Source: Scenedesmus sp. PABB004 (lineage: Eukaryota). Taken from it: a stretch of 64,000 nucleotides of DNA. The notes beneath the pieces are model-generated. The model worked only from the letters and a program-made list of their open reading frames with translations, ran no database searches and was not told where the DNA came from. Every line of letters starts with the position of its first letter. Position 1 is the first letter of the stretch. Both the position numbers and the translations under genes were made by a program. Shown here piece after piece: positions 1-11,867 of the stretch. Where the stretch lies: NCBI GenBank assembly GCA_014905635.1, contig JABVCE010000003.1:744001-808000 (forward strand), in the 5' to 3' direction.

Positions 1-2451
1 CTGCTCACGCTGCAGCTGCGCGGCGGCGGCGCGCCCGCCGCGCCCGCCGCCGCAGGCAAGCCCGGCGTCGCGCGTGCGCTGCTCGGCGCGGCGCCCGGGG
101 CGGCGCCCGTCGCGGCGGCCGCCAACGGCGCCGCGGCGCCGGCGGCGGACGCGGCGCCGGCGGCGGACGCGGCGCCGCAGCAGGCGGCGCCGGCCCCCGC
201 GCGGCCCGCCGCGGCGACGCCCTGCAGCTACGCGGCCGCGCTCCTGCACAGGGCGCCGCCCGCCGCGGCGCCGCCCGCGGCCGGCGGCGGCGCGGCGCCG
301 CCCGGCGACAGCCCCTTTGCCACCGAGGCGGGCGGGGGCGCGCCCGCGGCGCCGCCGCCGCAGCCGGCGGCGGCGGTGTGCAGCCGCTGCGGCATGCTGG
401 GCCACGCGAGCACGGCGTGCGTGCAGCCGCGGTGCAGCCGCTGCCACCTGTGGTGGCACGCCGAGGCGCAGTGCGCGGCGGCGTGCGCGTTTTGCGGCTC
501 GCTCGACCACGCCGGCGACGCGGAGCAGCCGTCCTCGTGCAAGAGCTTCCGGTGCAAGGCGTGCAAGATGTTTGGCCACACCGCGACGACCTGCCCGCAC
601 GTCGCGCTGCACGCGCAGCAGCTGCAGCGCCAGGGCTCGGGCCTCGGCAGCGGCGGCGCCGCGGCGGCCGGCAGCGGCGGCGCCGCCGCGGGCGGCGGCG
701 GCGCCGGCGCGCCGCCGGCGTCGCCGATGGGCTCGCTCCTGACGAGCGGCGGCGGCTCCGGCTCTGAGAGCAGCCTGTGCCCGCCCGACAGCCCCGCGGG
801 GCTGGGCCAGGCGGGCGTGAAGCCGCGCGACCTGCTGCCGGAGCACGCGCGCGCGCTGCAGGAGGAGTTTCCCAACGCGCTGCCCGCGGGCTGGCAGCAG
901 ATGGGCAGCTGGCGCATGGTCGAGGAGCGCCTGCGCGTCGTCGCGGTCGAGGGTGCGGTGTTCAGCAAGCGCCGCCAGATGTGGCGCGACCGGCGGAAGC
1001 ACTACCAGGGACTCACCGCCGCCGCGCTCGCCGCCGCCGCGCGCTCGGCGGCCGCGGCGGACGCGGTCGAGGGCGGCAGCGGCGGCGGCGGCGGCGGCGC
1101 GCCCAGCGCCGCCGCGGGCGCCGCGGCGATGCTGCTCGACTGCACCGGCAGCAGCGCCGGCGCACGCCTCGACGCGAGCGCCGCGAGCTCGCCGGGCAGC
1201 GAGGCGGCGAGCGCGCCGGAGCCGCACGCCGCGCCGGCCGCGGAGCAGCCGGCCCGCGAGGCTGCGGCGGCTGCGGCGGCAGCGGCGGCAGCTCAGCAGC
1301 AGCAGCAGCAGCAGGAGCTGCTGCTGCAGCAGAGCGCCCCGCCTGGGGCCGGCCAGGCGCTGCAGGATGCGACGCAGCAGGCGCCGCCGCTGCAGCTGCA
1401 GGCGAGCCGCATGGACGCGGTGCTGGTGCCGGAATGGCAGCAGCAGCAGGGCAGCCTGTTCAGCCTCGCCGACCCCGCCGTGCACGGCGGGCTGGACTCT
1501 GGCGGCGCCACGGGCAGCAGCTTCAGCTGCGACACGCACTTTTCGTCGCCCGCACCGGCCGACAGCCGCAGCCTGGGCTTCTCGGGCGGCTCCACGCCGC
1601 TGCCCGCGAGCGCCGGCAGCTCCTGCGGCGCCACGCCCGGCGGCGGCGCGCCCCACCTGCTGGGGGGCGGCGGCGGCCACGGCTCGCTGGGCGGGCTGCC
1701 GCCGCACAGCGGCGGCCTCGGCGGGCTGTCGTCGCCGCTGCCGGGCGCGGGCGGCGGCACGCCGCTGCCCACGCCGCGCGCGGCGGGCGGCTACGGCCCC
1801 AGCCCCACGCTCCTGATGGCGGGCGAGGGCGGGCGCTTCTCGCCCATGCCGCACCCCGGGCAGGCCCTGCACGCGGGCCAGGGCCTGCTGCGCTCGCCGC
1901 TGGGCTTTGCCGGCGCGCCGCCACCCCTGTCGTCGCCGATGGACCACGGAGCCGCGGCGGCGGCCGCGGCGCAGGCCGCGGCCATGGCGGCCGCGGCGGG
2001 GCGCAGCCCGGCCGGCGGCGGCGGCGGCCCGCCCGGCGGCCCGGGGCTGTACCAGAGCATGCTTGTCGCGCAGCGCCAGAGCCAGCTGCAGCAGCAGCTC
2101 ATGCTGCAGGGCCGCTTCCCGCGCCCGCTGGAGCAGCCCGGCGCGCAGGCGGCCGCCGCGGCGGCGCACCAGCAGCAGCAGCACCACCAGCAGCAGCAGA
2201 TGCTGCTGCAGATGCAGATGCAGCACGCCGCGGCGCAGCAGCAGGCCGCCGCGGTCGCGGCAGCCGCTGCCGCGCAGCAGCAGCAGATGCGCGCGCAGCG
2301 CCAGAGCCGCATGGACCAGACCTTGCTGCTCCAGCAGCAGCAGCAGCAGCAGCAGCAGTTTGGCAGGCCCCGCCACGGGTACGGCGGCGACGAGGCCGAC
2401 GGCGAGCTGGACGACAAGCTCGACGTCCTGGGCGTGCTGGGGCTGCAGTGA
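1..2451 (+). CDS. Gene A (5'-truncated by window): CCHC zinc-knuckle protein with Trp-rich repeat domain and Gln/Gly/Ala-rich low-complexity tail
   Basis: Open frame from base 1 to TGA 2449-2451; CX2CX4HX4C motifs (CSRCGMLGHASTAC, CKACKMFGHTATTC) at ~376-600; VKPRDLLP..LP.GW...SW domain at ~817-1020; ends DGELDDKLDVLGVLGLQ. Confidence 0.8.
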   Translation: MLTLQLRGGGAPAAPAAAGKPGVARALLGAAPGAAPVAAAANGAAAPAADAAPAADAAPQQAAPAPARPAAATPCSYAAALLHRAPPAAAPPAAGGGAAPPGDSPFATEAGGGAPAAPPPQPAAAVCSRCGMLGHASTACVQPRCSRCHLWWHAEAQCAAACAFCGSLDHAGDAEQPSSCKSFRCKACKMFGHTATTCPHVALHAQQLQRQGSGLGSGGAAAAGSGGAAAGGGGAGAPPASPMGSLLTSGGGSGSESSLCPPDSPAGLGQAGVKPRDLLPEHARALQEEFPNALPAGWQQMGSWRMVEERLRVVAVEGAVFSKRRQMWRDRRKHYQGLTAAALAAAARSAAAADAVEGGSGGGGGGAPSAAAGAAAMLLDCTGSSAGARLDASAASSPGSEAASAPEPHAAPAAEQPAREAAAAAAAAAAAQQQQQQQELLLQQSAPPGAGQALQDATQQAPPLQLQASRMDAVLVPEWQQQQGSLFSLADPAVHGGLDSGGATGSSFSCDTHFSSPAPADSRSLGFSGGSTPLPASAGSSCGATPGGGAPHLLGGGGGHGSLGGLPPHSGGLGGLSSPLPGAGGGTPLPTPRAAGGYGPSPTLLMAGEGGRFSPMPHPGQALHAGQGLLRSPLGFAGAPPPLSSPMDHGAAAAAAAQAAAMAAAAGRSPAGGGGGPPGGPGLYQSMLVAQRQSQLQQQLMLQGRFPRPLEQPGAQAAAAAAHQQQQHHQQQQMLLQMQMQHAAAQQQAAAVAAAAAAQQQQMRAQRQSRMDQTLLLQQQQQQQQQFGRPRHGYGGDEADGELDDKLDVLGVLGLQ

Positions 2452-3541
2452 GTGGCCACCGCGAGGCGGCGCTGCTGCCTGCTCGTGTGTCGGGGAGGCC
2501 CGCAGGATGGCGGCGGCGCGCGTGGGGGCGCGCGCCGGGGGTCAGCGCCGACGGCGGCGCTGCTTGCAGCTTCTCTCCTGCGTGCGTGGCGCGCGTGGCA
2601 GCGCGTCGCGGCGTCTGCGCGCTGCCACGAGCGGTGCGGCGGCGCCGGGTGCCGCGCCGCGGCGGCGGGCGGCGCAGCGGCAGCCGGCCGCGCGTCCCCT
2701 GCCGCCGACGGCGCGGGCGAGGCTCGCCGCGCCGTGCACAGCGTTTGTCCAGGCGTGTGTTGTTGCTTGTGTGCACATTATATGGGCCAGGCGGCGGGTC
2801 CGCGGCGCGGGCTGCTGCTGGCTCAGCAGGCCGCGCGCGGCGCACGCGGCGCCTGTAGTCAAGGGGGTAGGTGCGAGTGCAGCGGCGCGCCGCTCAACCA
2901 GCAGCAGCACTTGCGGCGGTGGTGATGGTGCAAATGGGGCAGGGGGGTGCGGCCTGCGCCGGGGAGGCCGGCGCGCCGGTAGCGCAGGCGGCAGGCTCGG
3001 ACGACCAGGGGGCGGCGCGCGGGCGGCGCGCGGGGCGCTCTCTGTGTGGGCGGCGGTGTGGGCGCCCGCGTCGGTGACCAGGCCCCATGTCTGTCGTCAG
3101 CTGGGCGCCCCCGGCGGCCCAGCGTCCGGCGCCCCGCGCGGTCGCCAGAGAACCGCCGCGGTTTTACAACTCGTCGGCGACGCAGCCCGCTGCGCCCGCC
3201 ACGCCGCCCGCCACGCGCCGGAGCGCGCACCGCCGGCGATCCCAGGCACCGCGCGGTGCGGGGAGCCGCGCGACTGCGCAGCAGCCGCGACTGCGCAGCA
3301 GCCGCGCGGCGAGCAGCGCGGGCGCCTGACCCCGCCGCCGCCGCCGGCGCACCAGCTTCGTTGTCGGTGCCCCGCGAAGCGATCCGCGCGCGTCACGTGC
3401 GTGCGGCGCCGCCGGCTGCGGGCACGGCGTCGCGGCGCAGCAGCGCGCGCGCGCGCTGCTGCGCAGCGCGTCGCGGGGGCGGCGGCGGGGTGAGCGCGCG
3501 CTCACGCACACGCCGCCGGCGCCGGCACTCGCAGGCCGTGC

Positions 3542-6500
3542 ATGGCGGACCGGGAAGGCGACGGCGCGCCGCGGCTCGACGCGGCGGCGCGCGCTGACCC
3601 CGGCGCCGCGGCCGCCGCCGGCGGCGGCAGCTGGATGGCGGCGGCACAGCCCTGGGATGCGTTCTTGGGCGCGGCAGCCTGGGGCGCGGCAGCCTGGGGG
3701 CAGGCCAGCTGGGCGTCTGCGCCCGCAGCGGCGTCCGCGCTTTTGCACGCGGCCAGCGAGCCGGCGCCAGTCGCCGTGGGCACGCCGCCGGCGCGCCGGC
3801 CGCTCGCGATCCTGGCGCCCCCGGGCCGGGAGCCGGCCGGCGACGCCCCGCCCCCGGCGCTGCCGCACGCGGCCAGCGAGCCGGCGGCGCCTGGCAGCGC
3901 CGGCGTGGCAGGCGCGGCGCAGCGCGCCCTGGAGGTCAGGCCGCCGGCCGTAGGGGCGGCGCCCCCGGCGCGGCTGGCGCGCACGCCGCACGCCGCGCGG
4001 CCCGCCACGCCGCACGACCCGGCGGCGCCCGTGGGCGCAGGGCCGTACCCGGCGCCCCAGCTGCTGCCGGCCGGCGTGGCGGCGATGCCGCTGCTGCCGG
4101 TCCGGCGCTCGCTGCCCATCCGGCTGCCCATCCGGCTGCCCATCCGCCCGCCCGGCGAGCGGCGCCCGGCGCAGGCGCGCCCGGCGCGCCCGGCGCCAAC
4201 TCCCGCGCCACCACCACCTCCGGTGGTGGTGCTGCACCGCGAGCGGCGGCCGCTGGAGATCAAGCCCCCGCCCAGTGGTGGGCGGGCGGCTGGCGGCAGC
4301 GCAGAGGGCGAGGCGCCCGCGCCGCCGCCGCAACCGCTTGTTGTGCTGCCGGTCACAGTTCCCATCGCCCTGCCCACGCCGCTGCCTGCTGGAGGTTGCG
4401 CGGCGACGCAGCAGGCGGCAGAGGCTGTCGCTGCAGAGGGGGCCGCGCAGCAGGCAGCAGAGGCGCGGCAGGCAGCCGAGGCGGTCGCCGCAGAGCAGGC
4501 TGCGCAGCAGGCAGCCGAGGCGGCCGCCACAGAGGTGGCGGCGCAGCAGGCAGCAGAAGCGGCCGCCGCAGAGCAGGCGGCGCAGCAGGCAGCCGAGGCG
4601 GCTGCTGCAGAGGAGGCGGCACAGCAGGCAGCCGAGGCGGCCGCCGCAGAGCAGGCGGCGCAGCAGGCAGCCGAGGCGGCCGCTGCAGAGGAGGCGGCAC
4701 AGCAGGCAGCCGAGGCGGCCGCCGCAGAGGAGGCGGCACAGCAGGCAGCAGAGGCGGCCGCTGCAGAGGAGGCGGCACGACAGGCAGCTGAGGCGGTCGC
4801 CGCAGAGCTCGCGGCGCAGCAGGCAGCAGAGGCAGCCGCTGCAGAGCAGGCCGCGCAGCAGGCAGCTGAGGCGGCCGCCGCAGAGCTCGCGGCGCAGCAG
4901 GCAGCAGAGGCAGCCGCTGCAGAGCAGGCGGCGCAGCAGGCAGCTGAGGCGGTCGCCGCGGAGCTCGCGGCGCAGCAGGCAGCAGAGGCAGCCTCTGCAG
5001 AGCAGGCCGCGCAGCAGGCAGCTGAGGCGGTCGCCACAGAGGAGGCGGCGCAGCGGGCCGCAGAAGTGGCCGTCGCAGAGCAGGCGGCGCAGCAGGCAGC
5101 CGAGGCGGCCGCCGCAGAGCAGGCGGCACAGCAGGCAGCAGAGGCGGTCGCCGCAGAGCTCGCGGCGCAGCAGGCAGCAGAGGCAGCCGCTGCAGAGCAG
5201 GCCGCGCAGCAGGCAGCTGAGGCGGCCGCCGCAGAGCTCGCGGCGCAGCAGGCAGCAGAGGCAGCCGCTGCAGAGCAGGCGGCGCAGCAGGCAGCTGAGG
5301 CGGTCGCCGCGGAGCTCGCGGCGCAGCAGGCAGCAGAGGCAGCCTCTGCAGAGCAGGCCGCGCAGCAGGCAGCTGAGGCGGTCGCCACAGAGGAGGCGGC
5401 GCAGCGGGCCGCAGAAGTGGCCGTCGCAGAGCAGGCGGCGCAGCAGGCAGCCGAGGCGGCCGCCGCAGAGCAGGCGGCACAGCAGGCAGCCGAGGCGGCC
5501 GCCGCAGAGCAGGCGGCGCAGCGAGCCGCAGAAGTGGCCGCCGCAGCAGGGGCGGCACAGCAGGCCACAGCGGCGCAGCTGGCGGCAGAGGCGGCCGCCG
5601 CAGCGCAGGCGGCACAGCAGGCCACAGCGGCGCGGCTGGCGGCAGAGGCGGCTGCAGAGGTGGCGGTGCAGCAGGCAGCAGAGGCGGCTGCTGCAGAGCA
5701 GGCGGCGCAGCGGGCCGCAGAGGTGGCCGCCGCCGCAGCGGAGGCGGCACAGCAGGCGACAGCGGTGCGGCTGCCGGCAGAGGCGGCCGCTGCAGAGCAC
5801 GCGGCGCAGCAGGTAGCCGAGGCGGCCGCCGCAGTGGCGGCAGCGCAGCAGGCGCCCGCGCCCCTGCAGCTGCCGACGGAGCTGGCGCCACCCCAGCCGG
5901 CCGAGGCGGCCGCAGCGCACAAGCCCACAGCGCCCTGCGCGCTGGCCGCCGACGTGGCAGAGCTCTTTGAGGCGGCGCTGCCTCCGGGCTTGCTGCCGCC
6001 GGACTGGCGGGCGTGCGAGACCTGGGCCGACCTGACGAGCAAGGTCAGCTGGACCGTGGGCGGCGGCGTGCTGGCGGCCAACATCAGCGCCAACCGGGCG
6101 GCCTTCAAGGCAGCCAAGGCGGCAGCGCTGGCCGAGGCGACGGGGGCCCTGGTCGGGAGCGGCAGCGGCGGCTGGCCGGAGCGGTCTGAGCAGCAGCTGG
6201 AGTCAGAGGCGCCTTGCGCGGCGACGCCTGGGCCGGCCAACCAGGCGGAGCCGGCGGCCGAGGCGGCGCCGGACGCCTGGGGCGCTCCGTCGGCTGGCGC
6301 CCCGGCGGCTGGCGCGGCCGAGCCCAGCCCGTGGCCTGCGCCGGACGCGCCGCCGCCGCCGCTCGCCAGCGTGCTGCCCCGCGCGGCGGGCGGCTCCGGC
6401 AGCTGGGAGGTCGCAGCCGCGGAGCCGGCGGCTGAGGCGGCGCCGGACGCCTGGGGCGCTCCGGCGGCTGGCGCGGTCGAGCCCAGCCCCTGGCCTGCGC

Positions 6501-8484
6501 CGGAAGCGCCGCCGCCGCCGCTTGCCAGCGTGCTGCCCCGCGCGGCGGGCGGCTCCCGCAGCTGGGAGGTCGCAGCCGCGGAGCCCAGCCCACCCGAGCA
6601 GCACGCGGCGGGCCCTGCGCCTGGCAGCGCGGCGTGGGCCGCGGCGCTGGGGCGGGTGCTGGCCCGGCCGGGCGTCAAGTGGCGCGCCATTCTGCCTGAC
6701 AGCGGCAGCCGGGTGGGGCCCTTCCTGCCCGCCGAGATGCAGGCCTGGCTGCTGCGCGGCGCGCCGCCCAAGGGCGTGGACCGCGAGGGCGCGGCCGAGG
6801 CCAAGGCCGCGCCTGGCGCGCTGCGCTTGTGCGGCATCGTGGGCTCTGACTACAGCGCTCAGAAGCTGACAGGAGCACGCTTTTTCCTGCCCGTCGGCGA
6901 GCTCGTCGCCGCCGCGGCGGGCGGGCTGGAGTACTCGCCAGTCACCAGAGCCGACCTGGCGCGCGGCAAGCCGCCAGACGGCTGGAACTGCCTGGCCGGG
7001 CCCGCGCGGCGGCGGCGGCGGCGGCGGCGGCGGCCCCGCTGCGTGCGCCGTCCGCGGTGCCGCCGGCGCGGCCGGGCGCGGCGGCGCCGGCGGAGCCGCC
7101 GGCAGCCAAGCCCCCCCGGCCTGCACCCTCGGCGTGGAGCCGCGGTGCCGACCTGCGCAGCTGGCTGGTGCAGCCCCAGCCGCAGGGCGCGCGCGAGGCG
7201 TCTGGGGCCGCCGCGTCCCCGTCCTCGTACGCGGCCGCGGCCGCGCACAGCACGCAGCCAGACGCAGCTGCGTCTGCGGCTGCAGCCGCGCCGGCCGTGG
7301 ACGCGGGCGAGGAGGCGGAGCTGGTTGCCGTGCTGGCGCTGTCACAGCGCGAGGCGGAGTGGGAGGCCGAGGCGCGCCTCGCGGCGGAGCGGTGGCCGCA
7401 GTGGGACAGCCGCGGGGCGCCCGTCGAGGCGGCGCCCGCCCCGCGGCCCTACGCGGCCGCGCTCGCCCGCGGCTCGCAGCACGCGGCGGCGCCCGTGGCG
7501 CCGCCGCACTTTCCGGCGCTGGCTCCCGAGGGCGGCGCCTGGGATGCCCCGCCGCCGGCGCGCTCCCCCTCGCCGCCGGGCAGCGCAAGCTGGGCTGCGG
7601 TGGCGGCGCGCCGCTCCGCCGCGCATGGCCTGGCGCCGCTGGGCCTCGACCTTGGTGGCGCCGGCTCAAACGGCGCGCCGCCAGGCTCCTGGCCGCCGCC
7701 CGCAAGCGCGCCGCCGCCCGCCGAGCCTGGCGCGCGGCCGCGCGTCGCGCCGCGCGACCTGGCGCCCGAGGTGGCCGCGGCGCTCGAGGCGTGCCTGCCG
7801 CCGGGCATGCTGCCGCCGGGCTGGCGCCGCATGGAGTCGTGGCGCGACGTGGAGAGCTCCGCCTGCTTCACTGTGGGCGGCACGGACGCCGCGGCGCACG
7901 CCCTCGCGTTCAGGGCCGCCGTGGTCGCCGCGCAGGCGCAGTCCGCTGCGATGGCAGCCTGTGCGCCACCAGCGGCGCCGCCGGCGGCGCCGCCTGGCCC
8001 CCAGCCCGTCCCGCCCGCGCTGGCGCCGGCCTTCGTGCTGCCGCCGCGCCTCGCTGGCGTGCCGCCAGGCCGGCTGCCGGCCGCGGCGCCCGCGCTCGGC
8101 AGCCCTGCGCCGCCGCCGGGCTTTGACCGCGCCGCGCGGCCGCCGGGCTTTGGCGGCGACGCGCCGTCGCCGGGCCTCGACCGCGGCGCGCCGCCGCCGG
8201 GCTTCGGCGGCGTCGTGCGGGCGTCGGGCTCTGGCGGCGCTCGGCCGCTGGCGGCGGCGGCGCCGGGCTCTGGTGGCGTCGCGCCCCCGGCGGGCTTTGG
8301 CCGCGTCTCGCCGACGCCGCCGCCGGGCTTTGGCCGCGTCGCGCCGCCGCCGGGCTTTGGCGGCGTCGCGCCGCTGAGGGTGTGGACGGCCCCGGGCCCG
8401 CCGGGCTTCGCGGCGCCCGTGGCGGCGGCAGCGGCGGCGGAAGAGGAGGGCCTGGCAGACCTGCTGGAGATGCTGATGACGTGA
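3542..8484 (+). CDS. Gene B: repeat-rich protein with AQE helical repeats, two Trp-rich domains, degenerate GYF domain and PPPGF repeats (apparent 1-nt frameshift at ~7006)
   Basis: ATG 3542 frame reads sensibly to LAGPA (~7006), then continues in the 7057..8484 frame (AAAAAAPLRAPSAVPPARP...), ending EEEGLADLLEMLMT; shares modules with genes A, C, D. Confidence 0.7.
4405..5830 (+). repeat. Coding tandem repeat, mainly 39-bp unit (AAQQAAEAAAAEQ) with higher-order ~360-bp duplication
   Basis: gcagcaggcagccgaggcggccgccgcagag recurs >30 times; the block ~4790-5150 recurs at ~5150-5500. Confidence 0.95.
6245..6590 (+). repeat. Two-copy direct repeat (~170 bp) encoding AEPAAEAAPDAWGAP...PSPWPAP..PPPPLASVLPRAAGGS.SWEVAAAEP
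   Basis: Near-identical copies at ~6245-6420 and ~6420-6590. Confidence 0.9.
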
Positions 8485-9226
8485 GATGCTGACGTGCGGC
8501 GGGCCAAAGCCGGGCCCGGGTTTGGCCGAGGCGATCGCGCGGGGCGAGGCGGCGAGCGGCGGCGCGCGCGTCACGATCGCGCCATGGCCGCGATGGAGTT
8601 GGAATTGCAGCAGTTGCCGCGCGCGTCCGCGCACAGCGTGACGCGCGGCGGCACAGCGGCCGATGCACCCCGGCCGCCGACGCGCCGCGGCGACGCCCAG
8701 CAGCTGCCCCTTGCCGGCCGGCACCGGCACACGCTAGCTGCCGCCGCGCCGCGCACGCCGCCAGCGCCGACGCCGCAGCAGCAGCGCGCAGCAGTCGAGC
8801 GCAGCGGACGCCAGCCCGCGGCGTGGGCTGTCCCTTCAGCCTGGGCATCGCGGCACCGGCGGCCACGCCTCTCCGCGCGCCAGGTGGGCGGCCGCGTGCT
8901 GCTGCGCCAGCCCGCGCGCTGGCGGGGCCGCGTGCGTGCGGGCCCGCCGCTGCCTTGATCAGCCGCACCTGTACGCGCTCGGCACGCGCGCCGCGCGCCG
9001 CGCGCTCGCTGAGCCGCCGCGCCGCGCCGCGCACAGGCCGACGCCTTCTGCTCTCGCATCGCCACCAGGCTGGCGGTGGCAGACGCGGGGCCGACTCGTG
9101 AGGCGGGAGCGCGTTGAACCGGCGCCGCTGACCGGCGCGCCGAGCGCCGAGCGTGCGCGGGGCGGCGGCGACGCCTCGGCTGCTGCAGCGGCGGCGCGCT
9201 GCCGGCGGCTGGGGTGCGGCGCGGCC

Positions 9227-11820
9227 ATGTCCGACCCCCGCGCCCGCACGTACGTCTTTTACGGCGATGACGGCCGCCCCTGCGGCCCGGTGTGCGGCGT
9301 GTGCGGCGAGCCGGGCCACGCGGCGGCCGCGTGCGCGACGCCGTGGTGCGGCGCGTGCTCGCGCTTCGGGCACGCGAGCGCGGCCGAGTGCGGCGCCGTG
9401 TGCGCCAGCTGCGGGCGCTACCACCCCGGCCTGCCGTTCGGCGCGCCCTGCCCGCTGCCGGCGTGCGCGGGGTGCGGCGCGCCCGGCCACGCGGCGGCGC
9501 AGTGCCCCGCCGCGCTGTGCGACTTCTGCGGCTGCCACGGCCACGTGAAGCTGCAGTGCACGGCGTGCACCATGTGCAAGCAGCACGGCCACAAGGCGCT
9601 GGACTGCCCCGTGTTCTGCCAGCTCTGCTTCACGCCCGGCCACTACGAGCAGGACTGCCCCACCCGCGCGCGCAGCGCGGCGGCGGCGCCGCCGCCGGCC
9701 GCGGGCGGGCCGGGCGGCGGCGCGGCGCCGGCGGCCGAGGCGCCGGCCAGCTGGCTGGACGGCCCGGTCGGGCTCACCGCGGGGCGCCGCACGCTCGCGC
9801 TGCTGCCGGCGGCGGGCAGCGTGGACGAGGAGGGGCAGCGGCGCGAGGCGCTCATGGACGCGCTGCTGCCGCGCCTCGAGTCGTACGCGATGGCCCTGCT
9901 GGGCGCCGAGGCCAAGCTGGCCGTGCTGTCGCGCGTCGCACCCGCCGACCTCGCGGCGCTGCTGGGCGAGGCCGACGCGGGCGCGCTGCTGGACGGCCTG
10001 TGCGCGCAGATCAGCGCCGCGCAGCAGGACGCGCGCGAGGAGCAGAGCAGGGCGGCGGGCGCGCAGCCGCCCGCGCCGCCCCAGCAGGCGCAGCAGGCGC
10101 AGCAGGTGCAGCAGCAGGCGCAGCAGGCGCAGCAGGCGCAGCAGGCGCAGCAGGCGCAGCAGGCGCAGCAGGCGCAGCAGGCGCAGCAGGCGCAGCAGCA
10201 CGCGCAGCAGCAGGCGCAACAGGCGCAGCAGCAGGGCCAGCAGCAGCAGGCGCAGCAGGCACAGCAGGCGCACCAGGCGCACCAGGCGCACCAGCAGCAG
10301 CTGGTTCAGCAGCAGCCGCAGCAGTCGCAGCAGCAGCGGCCCGCGCAGCCAGCCCGCGAGCGCCGCGTGCCAGGCGTGCCGCCCTGCAAGCTGCCGCCCG
10401 GCGCAGCGGCGCTGCTGGAGCGGGGCCTTCCGGCCGGCACGCTGCCCGACGGCTGGCGCGCGGCGGCGAGCTGGCCTGCGCTGGAGGCGGCAGCCAACTT
10501 CTCCTGGGGCGGCCCGCGCCAAGTGCTTGACAACCGGCGCAGGTGGCTTGCCGCACTGGAGGCCTGCGCGGACGCCGTCGACGTGGCGCCGCGTGACGGC
10601 GGCGCCGCCGGCGCGTGGCAGCGGGGTGACACGCCACACGCGGCGGGCCGGCCGGGCGGCACCAACGGCAGCGTCGCGGGCTGGCCGGCGCCGCGGCTGG
10701 CCGGCGCGCTCGAGCCCGCGGCGGCGCGGCTCCTGCCGCCTGACGCCGCACAGCACGCGGCGCGCTGTGGCTGGCTGCTGGGCGAGCTGATGGGCGTCGA
10801 GCCGCGCGGCGCGCTGGAGGCGTACGTTGACGCGCTGATGCAGGAGGACGGCGCGCCCAAGCTGGGCGTGCTGGCGCGGCTGGTGCACGACGACCTCGCG
10901 GCGCTGCTGGCGCAGCCCAACCCCGCGGCGCTGCTCGACGCGGTGTATGCGCGCGTGGCGCCCGCGGCGGCGCCCGCCGGCCCCGGGCCCGGCGGCGCGG
11001 GCGCCGACAATCCCGGGCCCGGCCCCGACCCCCGCAGCGGTGGGCGCGCCGAGCGCGACGGCGCGGCCGCCGACGCGGGGCTGTGGGCACCGCAGGAGCT
11101 GCCGCCGCACGAGGCTGCGGAGGTGGAGGAGCTGGCGGCGCGGCTGCGGCCGTGTGAGCTGCTGCCGGAACACCAGGCCATGCTGGAGCAGCACGCTGGC
11201 AGCTGGCTGCCGCCCAACTGGCGCAGCGCCAGCAGCTGGAGAACGCTGGAGATGCACGACCTGCCCAGCACCATGCGGAGAGCGTGGCGGGCCCAGCGCC
11301 AGGCGCTGCAGCGCGCCAGTGCCGTGGAGCTGCTGAGGCGCCAAGGCGCCCAGGAGGCGCAGCCACACCCGCACGCGCAGGCGGCGCAGGGCCCCCTGCC
11401 CGCGCTGGGGGAGCAGGCGGCGCCGCAGGCGCCCCTGCAGCTGCCGGCGGAGCTGGCGCCACCGCAGCCGGCCGAGGCGGCCGCAGCGCACAAGCCCACA
11501 GCGCCCTGCGCGCTGGCGGCCGTCGTGGCGGAGTGCTTTGAGGCGGCGCTGCCTCCGGGCTTGCTGCCGCCGGACTGGCGTGCGTGCGAGACCTGGGCCG
11601 ACCTGACGAGCAAGGTCAGCTGGACCGTGGGCGGCGGCGTGCTGGCGGCCAACGTCAGCGCCAACCGAGCGGCCTTCAAGGCAGCCAAGGCGGCAGCGCT
11701 GGCCGAGGCGACGGGGGCCCTGGCCGGGAGCGGCAGCGGCGGCTGGCCGGAGCGGTCTGAGCAGCAGCTGGAGTCAGAGGCGGCGCCTCCGGCACCGCCG
11801 CAGTCTTCGCCGCTGCTGCC

Positions 11821-11867
<47 letters not shown>

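Noticed and set aside
4405..5830. CRISPR-like array
   Set aside because: Contiguous in-frame coding repeats with no unique spacers, no cas genes, and a eukaryotic context
3164..6837. Long antisense ORFs (918 aa, 1111 aa) and similar shadow ORFs throughout the window
   Set aside because: Stop-codon scarcity in very GC-rich repeat DNA; the products are Arg/Ala/Cys mirror images of the real genes
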